The position numbers and the translations under genes were made by a program. Of a stretch of DNA of 64,000 nucleotides, positions 18,312 to 28,876 are shown one piece after another. The stretch is taken from the NCBI GenBank assembly GCA_046080605.1, contig JBJTUH010000088.1:10028-74027 (forward strand). The letters run 5' to 3'. The first letter of the stretch is position 1. Each line of letters begins with the position of its first letter. The DNA is from Vampirovibrionales bacterium (GTDB lineage Bacteria; Cyanobacteriota; Vampirovibrionia; Vampirovibrionales; JAJTHC01). The notes beneath the pieces were generated by a model. It saw only the letters and a program-made list of their open reading frames with translations. It had not been told where the DNA came from and searched no databases.

Positions 18312-19397
18312 TTAGAAAACCCAAGCTTCTCCTGTTACACGATAGTGTAGGAGGGCTTGGGTTTTTTCGTGGGCGTAGTGTTGTAATACCCACTGATAAA
18401 ACTGTACTTGGGTATGCTCTAAGTGATGGGTTTCTTGAGATGTGGCGTGTGCGGATTGAGTGAAACGAAAATGAATGCTGTGAGACGCTTGGTGAGAGGC
18501 GATATCGGCTGTGGTCAGTGTGTCTTCTGGTAAAACGACAGGGTGATAGGGTTGTGTAAGGAGTGTTTCGGCGGGGTCTAAACATGTGGGAGAGGGCATG
18601 TTGGGGTTGGAAGTATGCCATGCGTGTTTTAACACACTTTGAATGAGAGGGTAATGCGTACACCCTAGTACCCAGTGATAAGGAAGGGGTGTTGGGTGCG
18701 TTGAGAGGATTTTTTTTGGGGGGGCTGCTAAAGTTGCCAACGTTGTAAAAGGAAGGCGGAGGACTTCTTGCAGTGGGATACCGCCTGACGAGGTCGTATC
18801 GGTCTTTAAGGAGGTGAAATCTGCTTCAGTTTGGAACGCATGATAGAGTGTGTTTTCTACCCAACTTGCTAACCCTGAACATGCCACAGGAACGCAAAGC
18901 GTTTCCCATGTTTGTGCAAGTTCATGGGTTCTTAGGGTCTGCGACAATAAACGAGGGTATACGCCAGAGCTTGCAGTTAAAGGCGTTGCCAAAATACCCA
19001 TGGGTCTTAATGAGGGTGGTGTGATGTTTTGTTGATGATAGTGGTGACACGTCTTGACAAGGGTTTCACATACGGCATGGATGGGATCCCATACCTGATA
19101 TTGTGATTGTAGGAAAGGCAAAAAATCTTCTGCCGTGACGCTCACTAATGTATTACAGGCAATCACGATAAGGTCTGGCTGAAAGGCTTGAATGCAAGTT
19201 TCTAACAATGCAATGACTCGTGGTTTTAGGCTTTCTCGAGAACGCTCACCGTATGGAAACCAAGCAGTGTCTGCCACATAGCAAGCCTCTAGTGCGATGT
19301 GATTTTGGGTTGCCTGTTCTAGTAAACGTGCCAGCACACTGAGTCCTCCGATACCAGAGTCAATCAGAAGCACTTTTTGTTGTTTGACCAATACCAT
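18312..19397 (-). CDS. murI: Glutamate racemase with a C-terminal extension of about 90 aa
   Basis: LLIDSGIGGLSV and IVIACNTLVSV correspond to the MurI motifs (D-S-G-x-G-G-L and V-I-A-C-N-T-A). 361 aa against roughly 270 typical. Confidence 0.6.
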   Translation of the reverse strand: MVLVKQQKVLLIDSGIGGLSVLARLLEQATQNHIALEACYVADTAWFPYGERSRESLKPRVIALLETCIQAFQPDLIVIACNTLVSVTAEDFLPFLQSQYQVWDPIHAVCETLVKTCHHYHQQNITPPSLRPMGILATPLTASSGVYPRLLSQTLRTHELAQTWETLCVPVACSGLASWVENTLYHAFQTEADFTSLKTDTTSSGGIPLQEVLRLPFTTLATLAAPPKKILSTHPTPLPYHWVLGCTHYPLIQSVLKHAWHTSNPNMPSPTCLDPAETLLTQPYHPVVLPEDTLTTADIASHQASHSIHFRFTQSAHATSQETHHLEHTQVQFYQWVLQHYAHEKTQALLHYRVTGEAWVF

Positions 19398-19740
19398 GTG
19401 ACACGTTTTATCTTTATTTGGGGTCGAGTGTGTCTCGATACTACGTTATAGACGACATGAGTGTTCTATCAGATTGTATGAACTTTGATAGAAGGGTTCT
19501 TTCTTAATGGTAGCACAATGATATGATGCGTCATGCCATTGTCTTCGCTGCTGTCTTGATAGGAGATACTTCGAGTCTCCCTTCAGAAATGAAATCACCA
19601 CGTCGAACATGAAAAATAGTCAAGTTTATTCATGGTTGAGGTGTGTTAGGCAGCACTGTGTTGTCTGACCTCAATGAGTTAAGTGATGTAAGCGTTTTAT
19701 TTATGATGACGCACGATATTCTTTACACCTCCCTGATGAG

Positions 19741-21231
19741 GTGCTATTAAGAGGGTGTGCGATGTTTAACATAAAAGTACAGGAGCTAATAATCGTGAGT
19801 CAACAGCCTAATCAATGGGTGCGTTTGAGTGTATGTACGTCTTTAATGCTGGGTTGTGCAGTGACTGCACTGGCTGCGAGTCCTGTCACGAATACTTGGA
19901 ACCAGTGGCGTTTAGAGACCTCAACACTTTTTGGAGATACGCTTCCTGATAGTGCAACGAGTGTGGATGTACGTGAGACGGCGAAACAGTTTGTGGTAGG
20001 ACTCAATAGCAAAAAGGCGGTGATGCCAAAACCTACGGTATTATCGACCACGCTAGGTACACCTGCGGCTCAAAGTAAGGCACAATTACTGGTAACAGAT
20101 GATAAGGGTATTCCGTTGCGGAACATTCGCCTTGGAGGCGATCAACTCGATGATGTGGTGATTGAGGGAACACAACAAGCGATTGTTGCGATTGGGGATT
20201 TTGGGCTTGTAAAACTTACCCCGAAAGATGACAAAATTGCTTGGCAGAAATCCATCTCTCAGGTGGGTAATGCGACGGCAAGTAAAGGTCGGCGTGTTGC
20301 TTCAGGTGCAGATGGTACCATTGTTGCTTTAGCTGGAAATGTTGTCTATATTTATAAGCCTGATGGTACCTTGGTGAAGCAATTTGCACCCAATACGCAA
20401 GGTCGTCCTGAAGATATTGCTTATGACCCCAAAACAAAAACGGTCATTGTGGGTGGATGGTCACAAAAAGATGGAGGTGGCTGTAAGCAACTCCAAACCC
20501 CTTGGGTACGTGCTTATGACCTGCAAGCTAAACAAAAATGGCAAGCATGGGATTATTCACACTTACAATCTTTTACGACAGAGTCTTCTTGTGCTGATTC
20601 TCGGATTACAAGAGTGAAGATTGGATTGGATAATAAATTATACTTTGCAGGGACTACCGATGGTGGAAACAGTATTTTCCGTATTCATCCCAGAGATTTG
20701 AAACGACGTAATACCGTTGTGAAAGCTGACATGTTCACGGATACCTATGGGATGAAAGGTGCAAAGAAGCTCATGTTCTTTGCACGAATGAATCCTGGCA
20801 CTGGGGATGTAGAACAAGGACAGTTTTATGTGACTCGGTTGTCGGATGGTTCAGGGAACTCTATTTCTCCTAGCGATATTACGGCAAGTGCGAATGGTAC
20901 TGTCTATTTGACAGGTGCCGCAGTAGCCTTTTTTGCAGGTCGTGATAAGCAGGTGATTAATGGGAAAGCCATTGGTGCCTATCAAGGAAGTGATGGTTAT
21001 GTGCTTGTGGTGCCTTCTTCATTTAAAGGAAGACTTTTCATGAGTTCACCTCACGTGGGATGTAACTTAACCATGAATGCGATTGCTTTGGGAAGTTCCT
21101 CGGCATCAATTGCAGGTACAGCCAATACTGGGTGTAAAGCTGTATTAGAAAGACCTTGGCAAACCACGGTAGGTGGTGATAAAGACGCATACTTTGGTGC
21201 TTGGTCCTTGTTGACAGGCTATGCTCCCTAA
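19741..21231 (+). CDS. Secreted or lipoprotein hypothetical protein, beta-propeller-like
   Basis: N-terminal signal peptide with a lipobox-like LMLGCAV. Repeated G-x-DG-T/K-V/L-Y strand motifs. No catalytic motif recognised. Confidence 0.35.
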   Translation: MLLRGCAMFNIKVQELIIVSQQPNQWVRLSVCTSLMLGCAVTALAASPVTNTWNQWRLETSTLFGDTLPDSATSVDVRETAKQFVVGLNSKKAVMPKPTVLSTTLGTPAAQSKAQLLVTDDKGIPLRNIRLGGDQLDDVVIEGTQQAIVAIGDFGLVKLTPKDDKIAWQKSISQVGNATASKGRRVASGADGTIVALAGNVVYIYKPDGTLVKQFAPNTQGRPEDIAYDPKTKTVIVGGWSQKDGGGCKQLQTPWVRAYDLQAKQKWQAWDYSHLQSFTTESSCADSRITRVKIGLDNKLYFAGTTDGGNSIFRIHPRDLKRRNTVVKADMFTDTYGMKGAKKLMFFARMNPGTGDVEQGQFYVTRLSDGSGNSISPSDITASANGTVYLTGAAVAFFAGRDKQVINGKAIGAYQGSDGYVLVVPSSFKGRLFMSSPHVGCNLTMNAIALGSSSASIAGTANTGCKAVLERPWQTTVGGDKDAYFGAWSLLTGYAP

Positions 21232-21331
21232 GCATGTTGCTGGTATTCATGACCTTTTAAGCGTCTAAACGCTGTGTAAAGTATAAGACTCTCCAAACTC
21301 ATAGGTCACTATGTTTGGGGAGTCTTTTTTG

Positions 21332-22657
21332 TTAGGGCGTATGAAGTTTACCCTGAATAGGTTGGAATCCAAGAGGCACGAACGTTGGATGCGTTTGGAA
21401 TGAGGGTGTTTTTTCTTGTTCCTGCATCACTTTTTTATGTGTATAGTAGTTATTCACCAGAGGTAATAGTGTGTTAATGGCGGCACAGGCACCTAGTATA
21501 CCACCCCAAAAGTTTAGTACTCCTAGCCGATAGGGTAATGAGTTTTGTCCGTAGGTTGCCAGTAAAGTATGTAAGGGCTTTAATCGAGGTAATCCTAAAG
21601 GTCCTTTGATGTCAGACAAAATGGTTTGTCCTGTTTTTTTGACGCACCAGCGGTTTAACTGTTTTGCGATGAGTCCTGTGGTAATATCATCGCCAATGGT
21701 ATATAGTACAAGGGTTGTACCTCCTTTGATAAGGGTTTCTCGTCGTTCGTGTTTGTCCCGAGAAGAGAGTAAGGCAGGGATATTCCAATTAAACATTGTG
21801 TGCCAAGCAATAATCCATTTACTCATAAAAATGCCATCGGTATGGTTAAACCCTGCGTGCATTAAGCGTTTGAGTTGCCCAACGATACCCTTCCCACTTT
21901 GAACGGGGCTTTTAAGTAAACCATAAATAAGTAAGGGTAATGTAAGTGCTGACCCATAGCCTATCCATAAAGATGCTTGTAAGCGTTTTTTATGTTCCCT
22001 TTGATAGGTTGCAGTATTTTTTTCTAGGGTTGTATTATTGGCATAATTAAACTCTCCTGAGAACCCTTGTTTCCCAGAGAGCTTTTCTGTTAGCCAGTTT
22101 TTTCCCCAGTAGTAGCCTTGTCCTTTGGTTGCCATCAAGAGCATATCCATGGTCAAGACCCCTAATTTTAAGGCTCTTATCCTAGAGGTTATCTCAGGGG
22201 TAAGGGCTTGAAGTCCGTGGAAGCCATGATGGTGTAGTTCACGAGAAAGCATTTGACGCTCCGCTTGGCTTGCCTGATTCCAAGCCTTTAAGTTTGCTTG
22301 GTCTAGCCACTGCCAGGTAAGGTGTAATGGTTTTGTGGTGTCTGGCAGATTGTAAGGTTTTAAGAGGAGCTTAGGTACCAACAGGCGGTTGAATAACTGT
22401 CCTAGTAGGATAGGTGTTGTCACACCCACAACAAGCCAGCTTCCTACATCCAGACCCTTCTCAATGCGTTCGTATTTGTTTCTAGCTGTCAGAATGGCAG
22501 GACCACCCCATCCAAAGATGTCAAGCACCGTTCTGTTCAAGACTTGGTTACGCTCTAAGAGTACGGGGAAAGGTTCTGAGCCAAACCTTCTGGTAGGGTG
22601 GGAGGCAATACGAGCCGTAGCAAATGTGTGCTTGTGCTTAAAAGAAGGCTGAAACAT
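21332..22657 (-). CDS. Hypothetical integral membrane protein
   Basis: 441 aa ORF with several hydrophobic segments. No recognisable domain. Confidence 0.3.
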   Translation of the reverse strand: MFQPSFKHKHTFATARIASHPTRRFGSEPFPVLLERNQVLNRTVLDIFGWGGPAILTARNKYERIEKGLDVGSWLVVGVTTPILLGQLFNRLLVPKLLLKPYNLPDTTKPLHLTWQWLDQANLKAWNQASQAERQMLSRELHHHGFHGLQALTPEITSRIRALKLGVLTMDMLLMATKGQGYYWGKNWLTEKLSGKQGFSGEFNYANNTTLEKNTATYQREHKKRLQASLWIGYGSALTLPLLIYGLLKSPVQSGKGIVGQLKRLMHAGFNHTDGIFMSKWIIAWHTMFNWNIPALLSSRDKHERRETLIKGGTTLVLYTIGDDITTGLIAKQLNRWCVKKTGQTILSDIKGPLGLPRLKPLHTLLATYGQNSLPYRLGVLNFWGGILGACAAINTLLPLVNNYYTHKKVMQEQEKTPSFQTHPTFVPLGFQPIQGKLHTP

Positions 22658-23102
22658 GGATTGGAGCGTCTTAGAGACCGTGAGTACAAGGAGGCTTTAT
22701 AAAATTTGAGTGATAGCGTTGGGTGTTTTGGCGAGCCTTTATTAAGGCTTAGTATAACATCTTCATGCTGTCTTCACAGAAACCAGCTTCTTAGGTGCAT
22801 GATTTGTAACAACTCTGTGATAGTGCTGTAGTGGTTCCTTTTTTTGGTCGAGAAAAGTATTAAGGATTCCTTCTCTAGGATGTACCTGATGTAAGAATCC
22901 CGTTTCCCCTGATAGATCCTACATGATGAGTCAGCAAGGGTGTTTCTTCCTTGTCATCTGTCTGTAAGGTCACCGTATGGTAAAAAAGTAAGCTGAAAAA
23001 GGTCAGGGTTTCTTTCTGTCCTTGGGAGGCTTGCCGTCGTGAGATAGAGCCATTTCCCCTGTATTGCTGATACATAGTTTAAGAAGAGCGAGATAGACAC
23101 AC

Positions 23103-23753
23103 ATGCTTAAAGACCTGTTAAAAATTGGATTAACGTTGGGGATTATTTGTAGTTGTTTGTATACCCCTAGTGTGGTGTCTCAATTCTCTCAAGAGGTGGT
23201 TTCAGGTGTAAAGCACCAAGTGACACATGTGGCACAGGCTCAACATACCCCCCTTTTGAAGGAAGCTTTGGGTCTGATTGCGTCTCGGTTACCTGATGCC
23301 CATGCTCATAAACCCCCACATCAGGGAGGGCAAGATGTCCTTGACTTAAGTCACCCTGAAATTCAAGTACAGCTTGACCCCTCCAGTAAAGCGTTGGCGG
23401 TGGATGCGATTATGAATGACCAAGTGGCAGGGCGTTTTATTGTGGATACAGGTGCAACCTACACGGCAATTACGAGTGATACTGCTGATGCGTTAGGGGT
23501 TGATACGAGCCATGCCCAACGTATTCCCATTATGACGGCGAGTGGGAGAATTTTTGTGCCTAAGGTCACGCTTGCTGTTTTGCGTCTTGGAAGTTTAGTG
23601 GCTCATGATGTTGAGGTGACCGTGCTTCCCGTGAGGCAAACGCCACAGTTTTCTGGCTTGTTAGGACTCAATTTTACAAATCGGTATATCATGACCGTTG
23701 ACCCCACTCAATCACGCTTGATTTTTAAACCTCGTCAAGATGTCACTGAATAA
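23103..23753 (+). CDS. Retropepsin-like (clan AA) aspartic protease, membrane-anchored
   Basis: RFIVDTGATYTAITSDTADALGV is a D-T/S-G-A active-site pattern in the TIGR02281-like context. N-terminal TM segment. Confidence 0.5.
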   Translation: MLKDLLKIGLTLGIICSCLYTPSVVSQFSQEVVSGVKHQVTHVAQAQHTPLLKEALGLIASRLPDAHAHKPPHQGGQDVLDLSHPEIQVQLDPSSKALAVDAIMNDQVAGRFIVDTGATYTAITSDTADALGVDTSHAQRIPIMTASGRIFVPKVTLAVLRLGSLVAHDVEVTVLPVRQTPQFSGLLGLNFTNRYIMTVDPTQSRLIFKPRQDVTE

Positions 23754-23778
23754 TGGCGTGTCGTTGATGCTTTACCTG

Positions 23779-24717
23779 TTAAAAGGCATTTTGTGAACCC
23801 AGCTGATAGCCTCCAATTTGAGGTTGGTAGGTATAGATTAACTGATACCCAGGTCGAACGGTCAGTGCGATATCTTGCCATCCGTAATGTTGAGAGGCTA
23901 AGGGCTGGAGTGATTGTCCTTTCCCGTAAAATAGCTCTCGTTGACCTTGCGTTAAAATAGAGAAGTTATTTAATCCTGAACGACGATTTTCGGTATGAGT
24001 GAGTAGCTTTTCACTGGTACCGTCTCGGTTCAGGTCTAATGTTTGGGATACCATATCGCCCGTCTGACTTGAAAAAGCCTGAATCGGTTCATCCTGTTTA
24101 ATCCGTCTGGCGGTCTCTGGGGTGTTCAAGTTTAAGGGAAGAGGGGGAGAGGAGCGAAACGTTTTGTCAGACAGACTTTCGGCTTGAGAGGTGTTTACAG
24201 TATGAAACCCGTAAAGCGTTCCATGAGGCATGGCGTAAGGGCGAGTGATTTGTGCTGTGTTTGACGGACTGATACCTGAGCCTTGTGTTCTTCGTAATGT
24301 GTTACTGTCATTACTCTGTAACGCCAGTGCTAACGTGTCAGGCGTGGGTGCCTGTGCGATAGGAAGTTCTTTGGTATTAAAGCGTCCCTCTCTGCGATAG
24401 GGAGAAAAATTTTCTCCTCCTATCGAAGCCAAGTTTCCCGTCGTGGTGAAGCCATTGAGAGGGACTTCTTTCCAGGAACCTGTTAGGCGGTCATGCTCGT
24501 ACATGTGTCCTTGGTATGGGGTGTGTTCATACCGTAGAAAAACATTTGCCATCAACAATATGACAATCCAGAATAAGGGGGATTTCATTAACTCACCCAT
24601 GAGTGGGGCATTCCTTTCACGTACTTGTAACCTTGTCGTAAGAAGCAAACCATGATTTACAGTGCTTTTTTGCATCAGGGTATAAGTCAGACTTACGCTA
24701 TCATACCACTGCATCAT
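23779..24717 (-). CDS. Hypothetical secreted protein
   Basis: Probable true start at MKSPLFWIVILLMANVF (signal anchor). Ser/Thr/Pro-rich. No recognisable domain. Confidence 0.3.
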   Translation of the reverse strand: MMQWYDSVSLTYTLMQKSTVNHGLLLTTRLQVRERNAPLMGELMKSPLFWIVILLMANVFLRYEHTPYQGHMYEHDRLTGSWKEVPLNGFTTTGNLASIGGENFSPYRREGRFNTKELPIAQAPTPDTLALALQSNDSNTLRRTQGSGISPSNTAQITRPYAMPHGTLYGFHTVNTSQAESLSDKTFRSSPPLPLNLNTPETARRIKQDEPIQAFSSQTGDMVSQTLDLNRDGTSEKLLTHTENRRSGLNNFSILTQGQRELFYGKGQSLQPLASQHYGWQDIALTVRPGYQLIYTYQPQIGGYQLGSQNAF

Positions 24718-25033
24718 CCTTTATATACTGTATTTATAGAAAAAAAGTCACATTTATCGCATAATAAGAGCTGTCTTCTCCTCTATTTGGAGGACGCTCT
24801 GTTTTCGCATTCAGTGTGTATGCAGCGAAAATGGTATGTATAAATGGTATTGATGTGTGATGGTTCTTACGAAGAAACACCCTTCAAAACGGTTAAAAAG
24901 CTTTCTGGTGTCCGTTGTAACCCAATGAAAGTTGTTTTATAGTGTGAGACCAGTGTTTCATACAAAACGGTTTGATCGTGCTTTTTTGGTTCATACGCTG
25001 TGATAAAACTTAATTTGAAAGGATTCATACCCC

Positions 25034-25348
25034 ATGATGATGTTTGACCTCCCTAAAATGATTAAACAAGCCCAAAAGCTTCAAGAGCAAATGGGTAAAG
25101 TACAAGAAGAACTTGGCGACCTTGAAGTAACGGGTGAAGGTGCGGGCGGTCAGGTGACCATTTTAAGTAACTGCAAGTTTGAGTTCAAAAGTGTGAAAAT
25201 TGCCGAAGGCTTGACAGGCACTGCACTTGAGCAAGCTATTTTAGACGCACTGCAAGATGTTGGTAACAAAGTGGCTAAAACGACGGAAGATAAAATGTCT
25301 GCGCTTACCAGCGGCTTAAATATTCCTGGACTCAAGCTACCCTTCTAA
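25034..25348 (+). CDS. ybaB: Nucleoid-associated protein YbaB/EbfC
   Basis: MMMFDLPKMIKQAQKLQEQMGKVQEELGDLEVTGEGAGGQVTI... is the canonical YbaB pattern. About 104 aa. Confidence 0.85.
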   Translation: MMMFDLPKMIKQAQKLQEQMGKVQEELGDLEVTGEGAGGQVTILSNCKFEFKSVKIAEGLTGTALEQAILDALQDVGNKVAKTTEDKMSALTSGLNIPGLKLPF

Positions 25349-25375
25349 CTTATTGGTACCTTGCTTCTAAGTTTG

Positions 25376-25420
25376 TCCCTCTCAAGAAGTCGTAAGACGC
25401 TCGAGAGGGATTGTTTTGTG
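25376..25420 (+). terminator. Probable intrinsic terminator after ybaB
   Basis: TCCCTCTC...GAGAGGGA stem with an internal sub-stem, followed by TTGTTTTGTG. Confidence 0.4.
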
Positions 25421-25464
25421 CGTTAGGTGCTTGAGAAAGGGTTTACTAAGCTTGTCACTCGGGT

Positions 25465-26328
25465 ATGATAGTAACACACCTGTTGCTCCTCATGCTTTGT
25501 TTTTTCCTTGTGATAGGTTGTTCTGCCGCACTCACTTTTACTTTTGCTTACGGTTACTTTGACGTTTGCATTCAACAAGGGTATATCATACGGATGTTTA
25601 AGCATTACTTTCATCATTTAGGGGTGTTATCTCTCGTGAATCGATCTGTTTTAAAGTGCATGGCACTTGTGGGTGGCGCTTGCTTTCTGCCCTTCTTGGG
25701 GATGCTGCCTGCTTGGAGTATTGAAAATATTCTTTTGCCTGGGAAAGTGGATGAAGCCATCCAATGGGGGCAAAGTCAGATTGATTTTGGCTATACCAGT
25801 GTATTCGATAAAAATCAGTATGAAGGACCAATGGGGAGTATGGTGCTTGTCTATACCCCTTACATGAGTGTGGCTCATATTGCGGCAAAAGCTCATAGTG
25901 CAAAGCAAACCAGTACAAAAAACGCCTTAAATAAACGTCTAAAGCAAGAAATTAGATACTTGAAATACACGCCTCCAGAGTCTTTTCAGGTGAAAATGGT
26001 CATATTACTATACGGCGATACGGAAACGTTTCTCACCCAGATTCAACCTACCCTAGAAGGGTTTGGGCAAGGGCGAACGCAAGGCATTAAACCCACAAAA
26101 ACGGTTGTAGATACCAAAGCAAGTTTACTTGAAACTCGCCATGGAAAGCCTGTTTATACAGGGAGTATTGCCCTCTATCTTCCCTACCAGAAAATCATGC
26201 GTTTGGAAACGCTCAAGCTGACGTTGGCACCAAAACCCTTTTTACCTGATGGGACACCTGTGGATTTATCCTCCAGTGGGTTAACCCCTGAACTTCACGT
26301 TGCGTTTGATGTTGCAACCTTGAGATAA
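25465..26328 (+). CDS. Hypothetical exported protein
   Basis: The ORF has internal candidate starts with signal-peptide-like segments (MALVGGACFLPFLGMLPAWSI). No known domain. Confidence 0.3.
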   Translation: MIVTHLLLLMLCFFLVIGCSAALTFTFAYGYFDVCIQQGYIIRMFKHYFHHLGVLSLVNRSVLKCMALVGGACFLPFLGMLPAWSIENILLPGKVDEAIQWGQSQIDFGYTSVFDKNQYEGPMGSMVLVYTPYMSVAHIAAKAHSAKQTSTKNALNKRLKQEIRYLKYTPPESFQVKMVILLYGDTETFLTQIQPTLEGFGQGRTQGIKPTKTVVDTKASLLETRHGKPVYTGSIALYLPYQKIMRLETLKLTLAPKPFLPDGTPVDLSSSGLTPELHVAFDVATLR

Positions 26329-26344
26329 GTCTGTATGCTTCTGT

Positions 26345-28840
26345 TTGATTGGTTCTTGTAGGAACAGTGGAGCTTTCATGAAACACATTTTTCTATGGCT
26401 AAGGTGGTGCTGTCTTTTAGGGATGTGGGTGCAGTCTCTTGTATTGCCTAGCTTTGCCATGCGTGTGAGACCCCCTGTACCACAAAGTCATCAGGTTACG
26501 AGACCCCCTGCAGAAGGTATTCCTTCGAAAGGTGCAAGTTTGCCTGCTGCCATCTCGTCTCCTGTCCCTGTAATACCAAGTCCGCATGCCGCTCACACTT
26601 CAGAGGAGGCACTTGCTATCTCCTCTATGTCTCCTTCTGTCCCTCAGGCTTTATTAAGTGGCTTGGAGGCCTCATGGGTACGTGAGGCTTCTCAGGGGGT
26701 CAAATTTCCTTCTTCTCCTGTGTCTCTGCTTCAGTCTTCACAGGTGGAAGGTGCATCATTGCAACCCCCGTATTTTGTGAAAGTAGGGCTTTCTGACCCT
26801 AAAACGCAAACCCAAGGGTTTGAGATGGTTACTATTAAAGCACAAGTCCCCTTTAAGGTACTGACCTTGCCCGATGAAGCGTCGCTGGCAACGGATGAAA
26901 CCAGTCAGATGCCACAGGTGTTTCCAGCCCATAGTACCCTACAGTGGGAGCAAACATCCATTCGTGGCATCACTCGAGTATTGCTCACGGTCAGTTATCC
27001 TTCGTTGCAACCTAAACAAACCTGGGTGTTTACCTTTGACCCAACGTTTAAGCAAGGGCAAGGTATGGGCGTAAAGCTTGTAGCACAAACCCCTGTAAGC
27101 TCTGTGTTAGCTCCTGTGGCATATTGGCATATTTTACAAAAAGTGAGCGGTCAACGAAGTGGCTTATATACTGGTGTACTCTCCTTATTTAAGCCCCCTG
27201 GTTCGCCAGAGGCTAAAACGCTGTTGATGAATGAGCTTCCCTTGGATACCTATTTGTTGGGTGTGTTGCCTTATGAAATGAGTATTGGCTTTGCCTTAGA
27301 AGCCCTCAAAGCTCAAGCCGTTGTGGCACGTAATTATGCGCTTCGCTCAGGAAGAAAACGCTGGCAGTGGTTTGACCATGTCGATACCACACAGTCTCAG
27401 GTATATGGTGGTTTGTTTATGGGGGATACCTCTAAATTAAGGCAAGCCATTCAAAGCACCCGAGACCTTCATTTACTCACACCCTCGTTTCAACCTGCAT
27501 TAACGTATTTTTATTCGACGAGTGGGGGGGTCACGGGGAGTTTGTCTCAGTTGCAAAGTCTTTCTGCTCAAACATTGATTCAAAAGTTTTGTGCGTTTCA
27601 ACCCCTTTTAACGCCTCCTCCCACAACGCTTTCTGGTGCTAATGGCGCGTCTTCTTCAAACGCCCCTGCTGTAAGACCTATGCCGATTACTTGGATAGGG
27701 TGCCATTGCCAAGCAGAGGATACCCTGTGTCAACGTCCTTCTCGAACCACGGCACCATTACAAACGATGGTACAAGAGCGTGACTTGAGCTGGGTATGGG
27801 ATACCCCTAAACTTGCCTTTGATACCCTCTATCCTGCTTCGCCCCAAGCATCTTTGGCACCTTGGCTTGAGGCGTTTAAACGGTTTCTTTATCAGCCTGT
27901 TACTTCTCCGCCATTCTGGGATACTCAGAGTAGTTATATGCGATGGCAGTGGAACTTAGAGGGGGACATGAAAACCTTTCAAACAAGGTTTTACCGAGGG
28001 TTCCAAGCTTTAAAGCAACAGGGCTACCTTGCGAAAAAAGCTGTATACAGTACCTCTTCTCAATGGATACCCTCTTCTCCTCAAGCGTTGGGAGATATCT
28101 ATTGGGCAGGTCCTGTGCTATGGCAGCCAAATGGTAGGGTGTTATTATTTATGGTACGAACCAGTCAAGGGGCGTGGTGGGTTGCTGGAGATAGTGCGAT
28201 TCGTCAATTGATACGTTCAGACGATACAGAGCGTGGGAAGCCCCTCCAAAGTAATCTTTTTTATTGCGATGCACAACAAACGCTCCCTAAAGACCTCACA
28301 GATGTCCGACAAGAGCCTTTACTCACTCGTCTAAGCTGTCGAGGTGGCGGTTGGGGGCATGGGGTAGGCATGAGCCAGTACGGGGCAGAAGGAATGGCAC
28401 GTGCGGGTAAAACCTATCAGGAGATTTTGCGACACTATTACCCTACCTATCGTTTGGGGACATTACCCATCTCGTTATCTGGTAGTCAGACGCAACAGTA
28501 CCGTCTGCATAACCCTGTTTCAATGACCAGTGCTTTATCTAAGCATAGGGTTTATCTTAAGCTTCACATGCCCTTCAGTGCCTGTCGTGAGTCTGGAAAA
28601 TCTGAAGCCTTGAAAACGCTTACGTGGTCTTTACAGGGACTTACAATGAGTACAGTCCCTGCGACGCAATGGCGTTTTGTACACTGTCTTTCTTCTCAAG
28701 AGAGCCTTTGGCAGGCCTTATCTTCCCATCAAGCTGACTCAGAGGAGATGTCTATCACATGGGAGCCTCCTCAGGAGCTTTCTCCTTGGCAGCAACAGCT
28801 TTTAAATACAGCCCAAGTCTACGTGACCCTTGAAGAGTAA
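26345..28840 (+). CDS. SpoIID/LytB-domain protein (peptidoglycan-remodelling, amidase enhancer) with a long N-terminal region
   Basis: C-terminal GGGWGHGVGMSQYGAEGMARAGKTYQEILRHYYP is the SpoIID signature. N-terminal signal peptide. 831 aa. Confidence 0.5.
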   Translation: MIGSCRNSGAFMKHIFLWLRWCCLLGMWVQSLVLPSFAMRVRPPVPQSHQVTRPPAEGIPSKGASLPAAISSPVPVIPSPHAAHTSEEALAISSMSPSVPQALLSGLEASWVREASQGVKFPSSPVSLLQSSQVEGASLQPPYFVKVGLSDPKTQTQGFEMVTIKAQVPFKVLTLPDEASLATDETSQMPQVFPAHSTLQWEQTSIRGITRVLLTVSYPSLQPKQTWVFTFDPTFKQGQGMGVKLVAQTPVSSVLAPVAYWHILQKVSGQRSGLYTGVLSLFKPPGSPEAKTLLMNELPLDTYLLGVLPYEMSIGFALEALKAQAVVARNYALRSGRKRWQWFDHVDTTQSQVYGGLFMGDTSKLRQAIQSTRDLHLLTPSFQPALTYFYSTSGGVTGSLSQLQSLSAQTLIQKFCAFQPLLTPPPTTLSGANGASSSNAPAVRPMPITWIGCHCQAEDTLCQRPSRTTAPLQTMVQERDLSWVWDTPKLAFDTLYPASPQASLAPWLEAFKRFLYQPVTSPPFWDTQSSYMRWQWNLEGDMKTFQTRFYRGFQALKQQGYLAKKAVYSTSSQWIPSSPQALGDIYWAGPVLWQPNGRVLLFMVRTSQGAWWVAGDSAIRQLIRSDDTERGKPLQSNLFYCDAQQTLPKDLTDVRQEPLLTRLSCRGGGWGHGVGMSQYGAEGMARAGKTYQEILRHYYPTYRLGTLPISLSGSQTQQYRLHNPVSMTSALSKHRVYLKLHMPFSACRESGKSEALKTLTWSLQGLTMSTVPATQWRFVHCLSSQESLWQALSSHQADSEEMSITWEPPQELSPWQQQLLNTAQVYVTLEE

Positions 28841-28876
28841 TACCTTGTGCATTGGGTTCATAGGGATAGGTTTAAA

